Assembly: GCA_043228905.1 (NCBI GenBank)
Contig: JBHGNT010000002.1
Location: 13,888,001 to 13,952,000, forward strand
Length of the DNA stretch: 64,000 nucleotides
Reading direction: 5' to 3'
Origin: Azolla caroliniana
Lineage: Eukaryota > Plantae > Polypodiophyta
Numbering within the stretch: the first letter of the stretch is position 1; every line of letters starts with the position of its first letter. This document shows, piece by piece, positions 62,250 through 64,000 of the stretch. The notes beneath the pieces are model-generated. The model was given only the letters and a program-made list of their open reading frames with translations, was not told where the DNA came from and did not search any database. The position numbers and the translations under genes were made by a program.

Positions 62250-64000
62250 TGTCGCGTTGCTACGCGCGTGCGTGGAGAAGGGCGGGACCACAGAGGTCTT
62301 GGACTAAGGAGTAGAGGAGAAGGAATCGGACATGGAATGGAAGCTTTGCTCAAGAAGAAGAAGAATGAACAAGAGATTAGATCGAACAAGAGGAAGATGG
62401 AGACAAGATTATCAACAAGATATATTAAAACGAAAGGAACGATTACAAAATGGTGGCCGCATAGGCCGCACCATCAAGATAAAGAAACCCTAACCCTAAC
62501 CCTAATGCTCGACCTATGTGGTATACCTCGCACACTCAAAATAGGAAACCCCCACAATGGTGCCTTCCCTCTCCTTTTATAGCACAAGGAGGGAAGACCG
62601 TTTACAAAAATGAGACTAAAATATCCCCTTTCATTCAAAGGGGATATTTGCCTTGATTTGGGGAGGGTGAGATTGATGGCCCCTTAACTCCCACCTCCTC
62701 ACAAACAACTAGGTACCTATGTACCGCATAGTATCTCTCTCTCTCTCTCTCGCGTGGATGTGCGCACAAGACCACGTCGCCTTTATACTTTAGGGATCTT
62801 ATGGGGCATTTCTAGCACCATACCCCTTTACCCTATTATTATTACAAATACATTATGTACGTGTGCAACGTTGCACATCACTCTTTGGCTCTCGTTGCTC
62901 GGGTTTCCGCTCGTGGACGAAAATCTTCACGACATCCGCCCCCACCTAACTGCACATCCACCGGTATGTGCCAAAACATAGGGAAGAGAACACGAGATTT
63001 TCGGCCACGACGACCGGCCGAGTCCTTAGTGCCCTTGTGGGCCCGCCTGGTTTTGTCCTCCACTTCGAGCAAGACCACCCCGTCCACACGAACCACCGCC
63101 GCCTTCCGGTCCACCATCCTCACCGAATGGTCTCGAATCGTCGGCGCCATCCGATCCGCCACACTCGACGATGTTCGCCGAGTCGTTGCCTCCACCCGAT
63201 CCGCCACGTCCACCGTGGGTTCTTGAACCACCGACTACATCCGACCCGCCGTATCCGATGCCCGTGCTTTCCTCCCTGTTCGGTCCTCCCGAACACCGTC
63301 GCCGACCCGGTTGTTCTTCCTTTGTCCGCCTCGTATATCCCCCGGATGCACTCTCGGTCGCATGCCGGATTCCGCCCTTTGCATGCCACACACCTCGGTG
63401 TGCCGATTCTCTCTGCTCCGCGCTCGCCTTCCGTAGGCTTTCCCCGTTGTTCGCCGTGCTCTCTCGCGGTAGAGCGTACTGTCATCCCGACCTCCGTGTC
63501 GGTGTCCCTCGAGGCTCTCGTTACCGCTTCACCTCGACTTGCGCCCTCTTGGCCCGCTTGGCCTTGCATGCCCTCCGGGAAGCCGCGCTTCCTCTTCCCG
63601 GCGCGTAGCCCATTGCTCTCCGCGCACCTTCTTCGATTCTCAAGACACGACTCTCCGCTCATGCCGATCGCGCTCGGCCCATGTCGTCGGTCTTGGTGTT
63701 TCGCCACGCCGTCCTTCGTCCCGCGCTTGCCTCTCGAAGGCTTGACCCGACCGTCATCGTCGGTCAATCGTTGTCGCCCATCCGCCGTATGCATGCTTGT
63801 GTCTTGGCCCTCCACCGGCCGTATTGCATGCGTCTCATGTCGCGCTTCTGCCGTAGACCCGACCTCCGCGTCGGTCTCCAACTCCTCGCCGCCACCCACC
63901 GTTTCTTCGTTCTCCTTTCGATCCGCGACCACCGATGCCTCACGGGTAGGTGTAGAGGGTTCCTCCCACTCTCGGTCCAGCACCGAGTCCTCGCCTCTGA
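62250..64000 (-). mobile_element. Element J: 3' LTR (62250-62934) and GC-rich 3' region of a G-related gypsy, cut by the window edge
   Basis: TGTCGCG..CACGACA; followed by cccc.cctaa.ctgcacatcc.ccggtatgtgcc exactly as after the G 3' LTR (52175-52213). Confidence 0.8.

Noticed and set aside
62485-62505. Interstitial telomere (CCCTAA)n
   Set aside because: Only about three units inside the J LTR; telo-box-like at most.

Overview
AT-rich eukaryotic DNA from a land plant, probably a large-genome seedless plant such as a fern (inference). There is one host gene: an intact 16-exon LTN1/listerin E3 ubiquitin ligase on the minus strand (37948->9283; hand-spliced CDS 5829 nt, 1942 aa, all introns GT-AG with consistent phases). 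Almost everything else is nested retroelements. These are a chromovirus Ty3/gypsy (A, 1129-8194); four Ty1/copia elements (B and C inside LTN1 introns, D, truncated I); a copia-type solo LTR (H); and LINE remnants. There is also a related group of non-chromovirus Ty3/gypsy elements: E and G (both with a tRNA-Trp PBS), J (cut by the window edge), solo LTR F, a solo LTR nested in C, and probably a decayed LTR near 23.2-24.1 kb. This group is the most unusual thing here. It makes 4-bp TSDs centred on CpG, and two members inserted 2 bp apart in one copia LTR. Several of its LTRs carry tRNA-like A-box/B-box modules at tRNA-gene spacing, and G has a probable -1 frameshift after the protease. Other signals are a six-unit hairpin array in the chromovirus leader, an LTR repeat module shared between copia and gypsy LTRs, and an intronic inverted-repeat pair bracketing an in-frame 1953-nt block of LTN1 exons. 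Coordinates were read by eye and no database searches were run.
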